Shown piece by piece: positions 27,581 through 38,937 of a stretch of 64,000 nt of DNA. Made by a program: the position numbers and the translations under genes. The stretch lies in NCBI GenBank assembly GCA_951406725.2, contig OX597814.1, positions 19,530,001 through 19,594,000 of the forward strand, in the 5' to 3' direction. The stretch comes from Octopus vulgaris (lineage: Eukaryota). The notes under the pieces were generated by a model. It was not told where the DNA came from. It searched no databases and worked only from the letters and a program-made list of their open reading frames with translations. Position 1 is the stretch's first letter. The number at the start of each line of letters is the position of its first letter.

Positions 27581-28104
27581 ACTAACGACTGCTTTTATTC
27601 ATTAAATTTGCCATGTAGGCAACACATAGATAAAGTAACTTTGCGAGCTGGACACAGACATTGATGAGGCGAATGATTATGATACAAAAATGATAAAGAT
27701 GGGAGAAGACTGAAAGCACCCGCTGACCCTCTGCTTCTCTAAATCATTGTTCTTTAAAAACGCATATACAGAGGTATTAATCCTCTTACAATTTAAAATA
27801 CAATATATTTGAACTAAAAAGTCAATACAATTATAAAACAAATTTATACACAAATTGGAGGCGATAAACCTCTACAGCCCTTCCACGAGGAATTTTCTTG
27901 CAACTTGTGGGGATTCCTGCAACCGCAATCTGGGGCTCCAAAAAGAAATTCTATAATTCTCGTTTTTACACGAGTCAATTATGTGATCACAATACTTTCT
28001 TTCCGGTACCAGACTATATATATAGACTATATATCAAATAAATGGCATAGTGGTGAAGGCTGTAACGTCTTACTGTTTGTATAAATATGACAGAAGTTTA
28101 AAAC

Positions 28105-28320
28105 AAAACGTTAGCATGCCGGGCGAAATACTTAGCGGTATTTTGTCTGCCGCTACGTTCTGGGTTCAAATTCTGCCGAGGTCGACTTTGCCTTTCATCC
28201 TTTCGGGGTCGATAAATTACGTGCCAATTACGCACTGGGTTCGATGTAATCAACTTAATCCGTTTGTCTGTCCTTGTTTCTCCCTTATATGTTTAGCCCC
28301 TTGCGGGCAATAAAGTAATA
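28105..28320 (+). mobile_element. SINE family C, 13-bp TSD
   Basis: AGAAGTTTAAAAC at 28092-28104 and 28321-28333. Confidence 0.9.
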
Positions 28321-28421
28321 AGAAGTTTAAAACGATAACTGAAACAATAGCTACTTCATAATGAAGGACATCAACAATGACAACAAAGTCATATTGGGGC
28401 CAGCGAGGAAACCCATCTAGC

Positions 28422-28651
28422 CAGTGGTTCCCAAAAGGGGCCCATATGACCGACCCTTGGGGGTTCATATGATACTTCGTTGCTGAAGTTTATACTTCTA
28501 CAACACACAAAATATTTTAATAATTTTTTATACAAATCCTAATAATATTTAATTATTAAAATATTATAGGATTTTTTTAAATATTGAATGGTTATGGGGG
28601 TTCAGTTGAGTAAAATAGAAATCAAAGGCAAAAAATGGTTGAGAACCACTG
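28422..28651. mobile_element. hAT (Charlie-like) MITE
   Basis: TIRs CAGTGGTTCCCAA / TTGAGAACCACTG; ATCTA-containing flanks; homologous to 51962-52215. Confidence 0.75.
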
Positions 28652-28659
28652 ATCTACTC

Positions 28660-29395
28660 AGTCAATCGACTTGCACAAATAACAACTAAGTCTCTCCCAA
28701 ATTACACCCTGCTGTCTTTAAAGCCTAGAACCCATTTTCAGTGGTACAATCTTAGATACATCATTAACTCTGAGAAGAAAAGATAGGACGGTCACGGCTA
28801 GAACACCTTTGATCATAATAACACTGGACCAAATAACAACGACTACATCAAGCCTCAACGTGATCGCTTGACCTGCTAGAAATAGCAGACAAATCACACC
28901 CTACCGTTAAATCCAACCCCAGTGCAATATTGCACTCTACCGCCTTAAAAATTGGTAGGAAACGAAACATTGACAGATCAAGATTTACAAAAAGATGGGA
29001 TGGTTACAGCTGGAATGTCTTTGCACATAGGTCCACACAATCAGACCTTACCTAGAGGTTTCGTAACCACAGAGATTCGACCATTTAAATGACCAAGTAC
29101 TTCAACGCTCCTGTCAAATCACACCAGCATCACTGCAAGGAATAGCAATAAGAATAACAACAACAATAAGAAAAACGGGACAAAGAGGGAGCTCTAAGTG
29201 GTCACTCATTATGCAAGAGATAGCAGTCAGTTCTCCCAAAAATCACAAATATACTGGCTTTAAACAAGGAGATGCAAGGGAGTATGTCTCTACAATAATG
29301 TAGTCCTGTTTACATTACATTAGAATGAAGATTGAGTGATCAGGGATGGAAACGTCTTTGGTCTTTAGTCTTCTCAATCAGAGATTATCTTGGAA
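28660..29395 (+). repeat. Three adjacent copies of an old ~190-bp unclassified interspersed repeat
   Basis: Shared motifs AGAAATAGCAG..AAATCACACCCTAC..GTCTT..GATGGTCA/TACAGCTGGAATG.CTTT; further copies near 26410-26560, 45600-45740 and 45870-46020. Confidence 0.55.
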
Positions 29396-29581
29396 AAAAT
29401 TTTAAAAAAAACAATGAAGACAGCAACAACAATAACAACGACAGCAACTATCTGAACAATGCTAACACATTGCGTACTCTCTCTTAACTTACTCAACTCT
29501 ACAGCATTACAATCCGATATCGTCGCACATAGGACCCTTTGTCTTGAAGCGCGATAAATAATTGGCAGTACATATACTCAC

Positions 29582-29582
<1 letters not shown>

Positions 29583-29624
<42 letters not shown>

Positions 29625-29638
29625 TGATGATGATAATG

Positions 29639-29681
<43 letters not shown>

Positions 29682-29683
29682 TG

Positions 29684-29753
<70 letters not shown>

Positions 29754-29770
29754 TGATAATAATAAGAATG

Positions 29771-29846
<76 letters not shown>

Positions 29847-29899
29847 TAATAATAATAATAATAATAATAGTAATAGTAATAATAATAATAATAATAATA
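29583..29899. repeat. (AAT)n microsatellite
   Basis: direct. Confidence 0.95.
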
Positions 29900-30502
29900 A
29901 AATGATGGCCGTGATGATGTAGAAACTTTTAAAAGCCAACAAATCAAGCAAAATAAACAGTGGGGGAGAAAGACAAAGCGAAAAATAAGCAGAAAGTTAT
30001 CAAACGAACACATAAACCATAAAAAAAAAAATTCATGAAAAAAAAATAAAACAGACTTAACAACAGTAAAAATTAAATAAAATAAACGGACCGTTAAAAA
30101 AAACAACTAAAGGGGAAAAAAAATAAGCCAGCAAATGATAACATGAGCGCAACCAACCAACAAAGCAACGATGGACAACAAAGATCCACATTGCGTTCAG
30201 AGATAGCTTTGTCGGCGACAAAGATCACACTTTGACACAGATTTCTTGTTCTGGCCTTTTTTCTGGGTTTTTTTTTGTTTTGTTTTTTCTGCCTTATTCT
30301 CTTTTATCTCTGTTAAAATTTAATAATGCATTTTATTTTTCGTTAGGTTTTATTTTATATTTATTTATATCTTGCATTTTTATTTTACTTTTATTTATTT
30401 ATTTATTTATTTATTTATCTTGTTACTTTATATTTATTGTTTCAATTTTGTGTTCGTTTAAAATTTATTTTTAATAGTTTCATTTATTTTCCAAATATAT
30501 AC

Positions 30503-30579
<77 letters not shown>

Positions 30580-30630
30580 ACATATGTATATATTTATGTA
30601 TATATCTTTGTATGTATGTATGCATGTATG

Positions 30631-30674
<44 letters not shown>

Positions 30675-30762
30675 TATGTATGTATATATCTTTGTATGTA
30701 TGTATGCATGTATGTATGTATATATATATATTGTTTGATATATATATATATATATATATATT

Positions 30763-30800
<38 letters not shown>

Positions 30801-31218
30801 TGATATATTTATTTGTTTAAGGCTAACAACTCAGTATAAATTACGGAGCGCCTCACTAAATACTTCACAGCGTATTCTCCCGCCAGAATGAATAAAAAAA
30901 ATATCGTTCCAGCTATATACGAGAAACAGTCCGGCAGCCTGCATATACACGCACACACACACACACACACTGGTTCATATTTACTTTAATCTTGGATCAT
31001 GATGAGAGAAACGAATATACTGTTAATCGCCAAGCAACATATTTCCTTGGAAACTCCCGTAAAACTTTATAAGCCCATGCTGGACAAGACCCAGCGAGCA
31101 AATTCGATTACTGGTTAAAACCAGTTTATTTGCAGGTGCTCTTTCTAAATTTGTACATTCCAGACGACAAATAAAGGTAAAAAAAAACTCCATGGATAAA
31201 AGCAAAACGTAGACAATC

Positions 31219-31604
31219 ATCTCTCTATATATAAACGGCAGTTTGTCTGTGTGTGTTTCTGTGTGTCTGTTTGGTTGTACCCTCACTCTGACCACGGCTT
31301 TCAACCGATTCTGATGAAACTTGACACACACATAGCCCAATGTCATAATTCAAAACTAACGCAGCGAAAATTTTGAAAAGTTCCCCAGTTCTGAAAAAGA
31401 TCGATAAATTCGACATGGGGTCGAGAATCAGAAACACAAACCACAGATGGTCTAGGGGACGCAACTCGACCTTTTTAACTATCAAAAAAAATTTACCATC
31501 ATTTTTTTTCCCATTTTTTTGCTATTTTTTGGCTATAACTCTCTAAAAATGCTTTATAGTTATTTCCCTTACAAACCCGAGCAACGCCGGGCGATACTGC
31601 TAGT
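31219..31604 (-). mobile_element. Non-autonomous Helitron-like element
   Basis: Minus strand 5' ACTAGCAGTATCGCCCGGCGTTGCTCGGG; 3' AAGTTTCATCAGAATCGG..ACAGACACACAGA..TTTATATATAGAGA. Confidence 0.7.
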
Positions 31605-32087
31605 TTGTTAATATACAGCACAATTCGGCTTTAATCGACAATAAGTGCAATAACCGTAAAACGCATTTCATTTATTTGCTTTTCATATTTGCTTGTAGAT
31701 TATTAAACTAAGGAAAACTAATTATGCAAAGCAAAAATGCGTAATGTGTTTTACACATCTAATGCCTCTGATATAAGAAACTGAATAAAAGATTTACTGG
31801 TATACGTATTCATCAATCCATCGATCCATCCATCGATCCATCCGTCCGTACGTACGTACATATATATATTCATGCATACATGCATACATACATACATACA
31901 TACATGCATACATGCATACATGCATACATGCATACATACATAAATACATACATACATAAATACATACATACATATGTACATACATACATACATACATACA
32001 TACATACATACATACATACATGCATGCATACATACATACATACATACATACATACATACATACATACATACATACATACATACATAC

Positions 32088-32428
32088 TGATCAACGGAAC
32101 AGCCTGCTCGTGGAATTAACGTGCCAGTGACAGAGCACTCCACAGAACAGGTGCACCCTTAACGTAGTTCTCGGGGAGATTCAGCGTGACATAGAGTGTG
32201 ATAAGGCTTGCCCTTTGAAATACAGGTACAACAGAAACAGGAAGGAAGAGTGAAAGAAAATTGTGGTGAAAGAGTACAGCAGGGTTCGCCACCATCCCCT
32301 GCCGGAGCCTCCTGGAACTTTAGGTGTTTTCGCTCAATAAACACTCATAACACCCGATCTGGAAATCGAAACCGCGATCCTACGACCGCGAGTCCGCTGC
32401 CCTAACCACTGGGCCATTGCACCTCCAC
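32088..32428 (-). mobile_element. SINE family A (3' end lost in (TACA)n)
   Basis: Matches the A copies at 33529, 50315 and 59572. Confidence 0.9.
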
Positions 32429-32491
32429 ACATACATCCATCCATCCATCCATCCATCCATCCATCCATCCATCCATACATACATACATACA

Positions 32492-32524
<33 letters not shown>

Positions 32525-32662
32525 GTACATGTATGAGTAAAATAGATGTACGAGTATTTCTATTTTGGATGTATTTGGGGTACTTAGTTGTACTCATGAC
32601 TTAGTGTTTTGCTTCTTCCATGGGTACGAGTAAGTATCTCGTTTATTTCTTTTTGCCACATT

Positions 32663-32715
32663 TATCACTGACGAAGGGAGGGTTCTTACGAACTAACCCT
32701 GAAATCGGTCCGATA
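32663..32715 (+). ncRNA. Type I hammerhead ribozyme motif (minimal helix III), probably PLE-borne
   Basis: TATCA-CTGACGA-AGGG..GTTC-TTAC-GAAC..CCCT-GAAA-TCG-GTC-CGATA; one mismatch at the base of stem I. Confidence 0.6.
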
Positions 32716-32820
32716 TGGTAATAATGGAATTGTTTAGAAATTTCTGTCGGCTTTTTTTCGAGTAGCGTGCATTATATGATAATGGACAATATGTCCAATT
32801 TTCGGCATATTTGGCATTAG

Positions 32821-32900
<80 letters not shown>

Positions 32901-33144
32901 GTATTATGTATGTATGTATGTATGTATGTATATAATTCAGCAAAAATTTAGATGCAGATGAATATGGTACTTAAGTTGATCAACCAGAATTTATTATCCA
33001 TACAATTTCAATGTAATGTGATTAAAATCAATATATGTATGTATATATATATATATATATACACTCGCTCCCACGATAATGATAGTAGTGCTTGTAGACT
33101 GAACAGGTGCACGGTCTGCCATTCGTCAGGTGCTGTACTGATTA

Positions 33145-33250
33145 CAGAACAACGTGAAATGGAGTATTTTGTTCATGAACACAACGCACCATCCGATCCG
33201 GCAACTAAAACCATGTTCTCGCTAAATATAACGCTAATGCACCTTCACAC
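33145..33250 (-). mobile_element. Old CORE-like SINE fragment
   Basis: CAACGTGAAATGGAGTATTTTGTTCATGAACACAACGC, complementary to the core of the 16467 element. Confidence 0.5.
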
Positions 33251-33528
33251 ACATACATACATACATACATACATACATACATACATACATACATACACAC
33301 ATACATACACCAAATCACACTGAAAGATTTCCTCGGAAAAATGGACATGAAGTACATATTAAGTTTATGCTGCTACACTCAATGTGATGGACCAAAAATA
33401 TGTTCAGTCACTGAAATTGTATCGATGATGAGAATATTCGTTAGTGTTAACTGAAATTCCTCCAAAGAGACAGGAAAAGTGGCATCCCAGAATCTCAATC
33501 AATTAAAAATGAAATTTAATTATTTTTG

Positions 33529-33911
33529 GGAAGCACTCCGTCGGTTACGACGACGAGGGTTCCGGTTGATCCGATGAACGGAACAGCCTGCTCGTGAAAT
33601 TAACGTGTAAGTGGCTGAGCACTCCACAGACACGTGTACCCTTAACGTAGTTCTCGGGGATATTCAGCGTGACACAGAGAGTGACAAGGTCGGCCCTTTG
33701 AAATACAGGTACAACAGAAACAGGAAGTAAGAGTGAGAGAAAGTTGTGGTGAAAGAGTACAGCAGGGATCACCACCATCCCTGCCGGAGCCTCGTGGAGC
33801 TTTTATGCGCTTTCGCTCAATAAACACTCACAACAACCGGTCTGGGAATCGAAACCGCGATCCTACGACCGCGAGTCCGCTGCCCTAACCACTGGGCCAT
33901 TGCGCCTCCAC
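33529..33911 (-). mobile_element. SINE family A, full length, 11-bp TSD
   Basis: AATTTAATTAT at 33513-33523 and 33912-33922; tRNA-like head with A and B boxes. Confidence 0.93.
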
Positions 33912-34614
33912 AATTTAATTATACAGACGTGAAGTAGAAAATTTGATCTTTGGTAGCTATGGTGACAACTCTGAGCAAATTTCGATCATACAGGACCTCA
34001 TCACTGATCTTTACTCACTATAAAGATAACTAACCACTAAATGAGTTGTAAAACATAGAGAATTAGCTGGAAAAATTACTCAAATAATGTCTTTTCCCAA
34101 AGACCAACTAAAATTTATTTTCAGTTTAACACATCAAATTTAATAACTTACACAAAACTACATATAATAACTACATATAATTCTACATACACAGCCTGAT
34201 TTTCCCCGTCTTATTTTAACCCAATGGAAGTTCATCGTAAATTTCATTAAATTAGTTCCCCTTTTCACTCATAATCGCTAGTAGCCACCGCTCGGCTTCT
34301 GCTTATCTTCTCTTTCCGGAAAGGAAATTTTTAATCAATGACAGGTTTATCGTGTAAGTCGAATTTCAAATTCATGACACTTACTTTCCCTAGTTATTTT
34401 CTCATAGCTCCTTTTCGTTTTAATTATACAAATTAATCTAATCAACAATGTATTCAACTCCCATTATACGCGACAAATGCTTGCGACATAATGAACAATG
34501 TCATGTCGATGAGACCCATGCGAACAGAAACACGTGTTTCTAGTTGTACGGTTATCTGAAACAAAACCAGATAGTCTCTTCCTCCTGGAAAATTTTCATA
34601 ATCATTATCATTGA

Positions 34615-34665
<51 letters not shown>

Positions 34666-34668
<3 letters not shown>

Positions 34669-35080
34669 GGAGCCGAGTTGCAGAATCGCTAGTACTTCGG
34701 AAAAAATGCTAAGCGGCAATTCGTCTGTCTGAACGTTCTGGGTTCAAAATCCGTCGAGGTCAATTTTGCATTTCATCATTTTGCCTTTATCGGGGTCGAT
34801 AAATTAAGTCCCAGCTGAATCTTGGGACTTGTGCCAAAATTTGAAACCATCATCATCTTCATCAACATCATCAAGGCAGCAAGCTGGCAGCATCGCTCGT
34901 ACACCGGGGGAAATGCTTAGTGAAATTTCTTCCGGCTTTAGGCTCTAAGTTCAAATTCTGCCGTAGTCAACTTTGCCTATCCATTCGGGGTCGATAAAAT
35001 TAATACCAGTTTAGTAATGGGTTCGATATAAACGACTAACTCCTCCATTAAATTTGCAGGCCTTGTGCCTACAATAGATA
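34666..35080 (+). mobile_element. Two older, diverged family C-related SINEs
   Basis: GGCAGAATCG.TAG..CCG..AAATGCT, TTCAAATTC..GGTC.ACTTTGC, GGGGTCGATAAA motifs occur twice. Confidence 0.75.
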
Positions 35081-35122
35081 TGATTATTATTATTATCATT
35101 ATTATTATTATTATTATTATTA

Positions 35123-35153
<31 letters not shown>

Positions 35154-35154
<1 letters not shown>

Positions 35155-35270
35155 GAGTGAGAGAGCAGTGCATGCCGTCAAAGTGACACTGGGGTACAAA
35201 TATACGAAGCCCAGTATACACATCATCACTACCCATCTGATAAGGGTACACTAGGCACATGCATCACAAC

Positions 35271-35272
<2 letters not shown>
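35154..35272 (-). mobile_element. 3' fragment of an unclassified retroelement in (AAT)n
   Basis: Near-identical to the start of 35355-35682; both ends embedded in ATT repeats. Confidence 0.7.
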
Positions 35273-35354
<82 letters not shown>

Positions 35355-35355
<1 letters not shown>

Positions 35356-35682
35356 GAGTGATAGAGTAGTGCATGCCATCAAAGTGACACTGGGGTACAA
35401 ATATACGAAGTCCAGTATACCCATCATCACTACCCGTCTGATAAGGGTACACCAGGCTCATGCATCACAACCATATGTGCGCGACATGGTGATCTCATAT
35501 CAAGATTATCAGCGCATGACTTTGCGGGTGGAGCCCAGTTAGAATTTTCTTCAGGTTGGTTAGCCCATCCCGCTCAAAGATGTTGAACGAAACACCCATG
35601 TTTCCAAAGGTGAATTATCCAAACCCCAAAGAATTCCTCTCAACACATGGCTATGATGCTCCCCCACCACTTCTACTCGTGT
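35355..35682 (-). mobile_element. Longer 3' fragment of the same unclassified (AAT)n-embedded retroelement
   Basis: Same terminus ..GCATGCACT.CTCT.TCACTCA(ATA)n on the minus strand. Confidence 0.7.
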
Positions 35683-35692
35683 TGTTATTATC

Positions 35693-35757
<65 letters not shown>

Positions 35758-35761
35758 CATT

Positions 35762-36553
35762 ATTCAGTAGTTTTATTTTTAAAAAGTGCTTTCACTTCAC
35801 TACCCAGTGCAGCTCTGTGTGCCTTAGGTATGTGCTGTGGTTTGCTGTGATGCTCTTATCGTTACTGTAGTGAAAGTGTTTTGCGTAGGATGTGTGCAGT
35901 GCCCAGTAGTGCAATTTTCTGTATGTTGTATATATTTGTAAGTTCTGGTGTTTTTGTTATGTATTTGTCTGAATATTTTTTTTATCATACCTAATGTGCC
36001 TACTATGATATGAATTGTTTCTTATTTCTTTACTACCCACAATGGGGCTAAACACAGAGAGGACAAACAAGGACAGACAAACGGATTAAGTCGATTATAT
36101 CGACCCCAGTGCGTAACTGGTACTTATTTAATCGACTCCGAAAGGATGAAAGGGAAAGTCGACCTCGGCGGAATTTGAACTCAGAACGTAGCGGCAGACG
36201 AAATACCTATTTCTTTACTACCCACGAGGGGCTAAACACAGAGGGGACAAACAAGGACAGACAAAGGGATTAAGTCGATTACATCGACCCCAGTGCGTAA
36301 CTGGTACTTAATTTGTCGACCCCGAAAGGATGAAAGGCAAAGTCGACCGCGGCGGAATTTGAGCTCAGATCGTAACGGCAGACGAAATACGGCTACGCAT
36401 ATCACCCGGCGTGCTAACGTTTCTGCCAGCTCGCCGCCTTAAATAGGAATTGTTTCTGTTTTTAGATTCCACATTCGAGTTACCTTTATTTCCAAGTGTT
36501 TGTATTTTGAAAGTTTCTCCATTTCTTTTAGAGAAACGTTGTCATCTACTGGT
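35762..36553 (-). mobile_element. 5'-truncated R4/Dong-like LINE (REL endonuclease C-terminus and 3' UTR), interrupted by SINE C
   Basis: Collinear with 36596-36952 once 36022-36442 is removed; encodes ..IQKIALLGTAHILRKTLSLQ*. Confidence 0.8.
36022..36442 (-). mobile_element. SINE family C dimer with a single 14-bp TSD
   Basis: ATA(T/G)GAATTGTTTC at 36008-36021 and 36443-36456; internal junction at 36207. Confidence 0.92.
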
Positions 36554-36556
36554 ATT

Positions 36557-36591
<35 letters not shown>

Positions 36592-36595
36592 CATT

Positions 36596-36951
36596 ATTCA
36601 GTAGTTTTATTTTTATAGCGTGCTTTCACATCACTACCGAGCGCAGCTCTGTGTGCCTTAGGTATGTGCTGTGATTTGTTGTGATGCTCTGATGGTTACT
36701 GTATTGAAAGTGTTCAACGTAGGATGTGTGCAGTGCCTAGTAGTGCAATTTTCTGTATGTTATATGTGTTTGTAAGTCCTGGTGTTTTAGTTATGTATTT
36801 GTCTGAATATTTTTTTATCATACCTAATGCACCTACTATGATAGGAATTGTTTCTGTTTTCAGATTCCACATTCTAGTTACCTCTATTTCCAGGTCTTTG
36901 TATTTTGAGAGTTTCTCCATTTCTTTTAGAGACACGTTGTCATCAGCCGGT

Positions 36952-36952
<1 letters not shown>
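36596..36952 (-). mobile_element. 5'-truncated R4/Dong-like LINE
   Basis: ORF 36714-36965: IPADDNVSLKEMEKLSKYKDLEIEVTRMWNLKTETIPIIVGALGMIKK..IQKIALLGTAHILR, a typical R4/Dong REL C-terminus; flanked by (AAT)n. Confidence 0.85.
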
Positions 36953-37007
<55 letters not shown>

Positions 37008-37896
37008 TACTACTACTACTACTATTATTATTATTATTATTATTATTATCGTTATTATTATTGCACCAAAAACTTGATCGTTAGAATCGTTCGCACAGTG
37101 TTCATTTATAACTATATAATGTCAGGCCCCCAAATACTGCGTACCCTAAACGAAGTCGAAACCGGTAAGTTAGAATCAGATTTCTATTCCAGAGTACGAA
37201 GACATTTGTGAGCGAGAGGTGTCAATCGTCTCATCTAAGCGCGTGTAACGGCATCTAATGTTATTATTGTTGCTTAAAAAGTTACTTAAACATTCGATAT
37301 GGATGTCCGTGGTACATAAAACCTGCCATCATAATTATCTTTCCTTAAATCGTGTCTTCATAATTTCCCCTTTTGCTTTTTCTCAGAATAATGAATGTCG
37401 TTTTATTTTTATATTTTTTCTTCCTGCTTCCTTAATATTTTTTTTCTTCTTACTTCCTACCTTCCGTTCTATAATAATACATTACACTGTTCTTAAGTGC
37501 TCTCTTTTATTCTTCTTGACGAGCTTTTCAACTAATAACTGTCTTGTAAATTTTCCTTAATCGTCTTTTCACTTGCATTTCCATAGAAACGAAAGTACAA
37601 AACGCGCGCACACACAACACCCACACACACACACACACTACAAAATCACGAACATTAATGCTGAAGAACACTACTAATTCAGTAAAATTTGGTCTCACAC
37701 AGGTCGTTTTTTAAGTCTTATTACGGAGTGCTTGCAGACGCATGGTTGCGAAGATTAACCATGTGAAACTCATTGAAAAAGTGACGCGTTTGTTTCATAC
37801 CATTTTAAAACTTTAGTTTCAAACTTCATTATACGAACGGTACAGAACAGCGTACGGGGGGATAATTAAATATTCCGTTCAATTAAACGATATATA

Positions 37897-38064
37897 GGCG
37901 CAGGAGTGGCTGTGTGGTAAGTAGCTTGCTAACCAACCACATGGTTCCGGGTTCAGTCCCACTGCGTGGCATCTTGGGCAACAAGTGTCTTCTGCTATAG
38001 CCCCGGGCCGACCAATGCCTTGTGAGTGGATTTGGTAGACGGAAACTGAAAGAAGCCTGTCGTA

Positions 38065-38141
<77 letters not shown>

Positions 38142-38332
38142 TTGTGTGTCTGTGTTTGTCCCCCTAGGATTGCTTGACAACCGATGCTGGTGTGTTTACG
38201 TCCCCGTCACTTAGCGGTTCGGCAAAAGAGACCGATAGAATAAGTACTGGGGTCGATTGCTCGACTAAAGGCGGTGCTCCAGCATGGTCGCAGTCAACTG
38301 ACTGAAACAAGTAAAAGAGTAAAAGAGAGAGT
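37897..38332 (+). mobile_element. SINE family B, full length
   Basis: Consensus match; lacks the segment between the two GAATAAGT repeats. Confidence 0.92.
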
Positions 38333-38523
38333 ATATACACTGTGTTGTTGTCAGAACATATGTGACTCTTCAGATTCATCCAGTCGATTCCAGAAAACTC
38401 GACCATTTTTCCTTCCACATTTAATCACAGAGTTTTTAGCACGATAGGGCTAAAATTAAGTCATAAAGGCGGATATATGATATTTAGAAAGCTACTTACT
38501 ACATCTTCTGAAGGATACTAATT

Positions 38524-38737
38524 CACTCTTTGACTTGTTTCAGTCATTTGACTGTGGCCATGCTGGAGCACCGCCTTTAGTCGAGCAAATCGACCCCAGG
38601 ACTTATTCTTTGTAAGCCTAGTACTTATTCTATCGGTCTCTTTTGCCGAACTGCTAAGTTAGGGGGACATAAACACACCAGCATCGGTTGTCAAGCGATG
38701 TTGTGGGGACAAACACAGACACACAAACACACACACA

Positions 38738-38776
<39 letters not shown>

Positions 38777-38937
38777 GACGGGCTTCTTTCAGTTTCCGTC
38801 TACCAAATCATCTCACAAGGCTTTGGTCGGCTCAAGGCTATAGCAGAAGACACTTGCCCAAGGTGCCACACAGTGGGACTGAACCCGGAACCATGTGGTT
38901 TGTAAGCAAGCTACTTACCACACAGCCACTCCTACGC
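38524..38937 (-). mobile_element. SINE family B, full length
   Basis: Consensus match, inverted relative to the 37897 copy. Confidence 0.92.

Noticed and set aside
38335-38378. Minus-strand CTGAAGA-GTCA..TGAC hairpin
   Set aside because: GAAA is absent (AACAAC) and there is no stem I partner; too degenerate to call.
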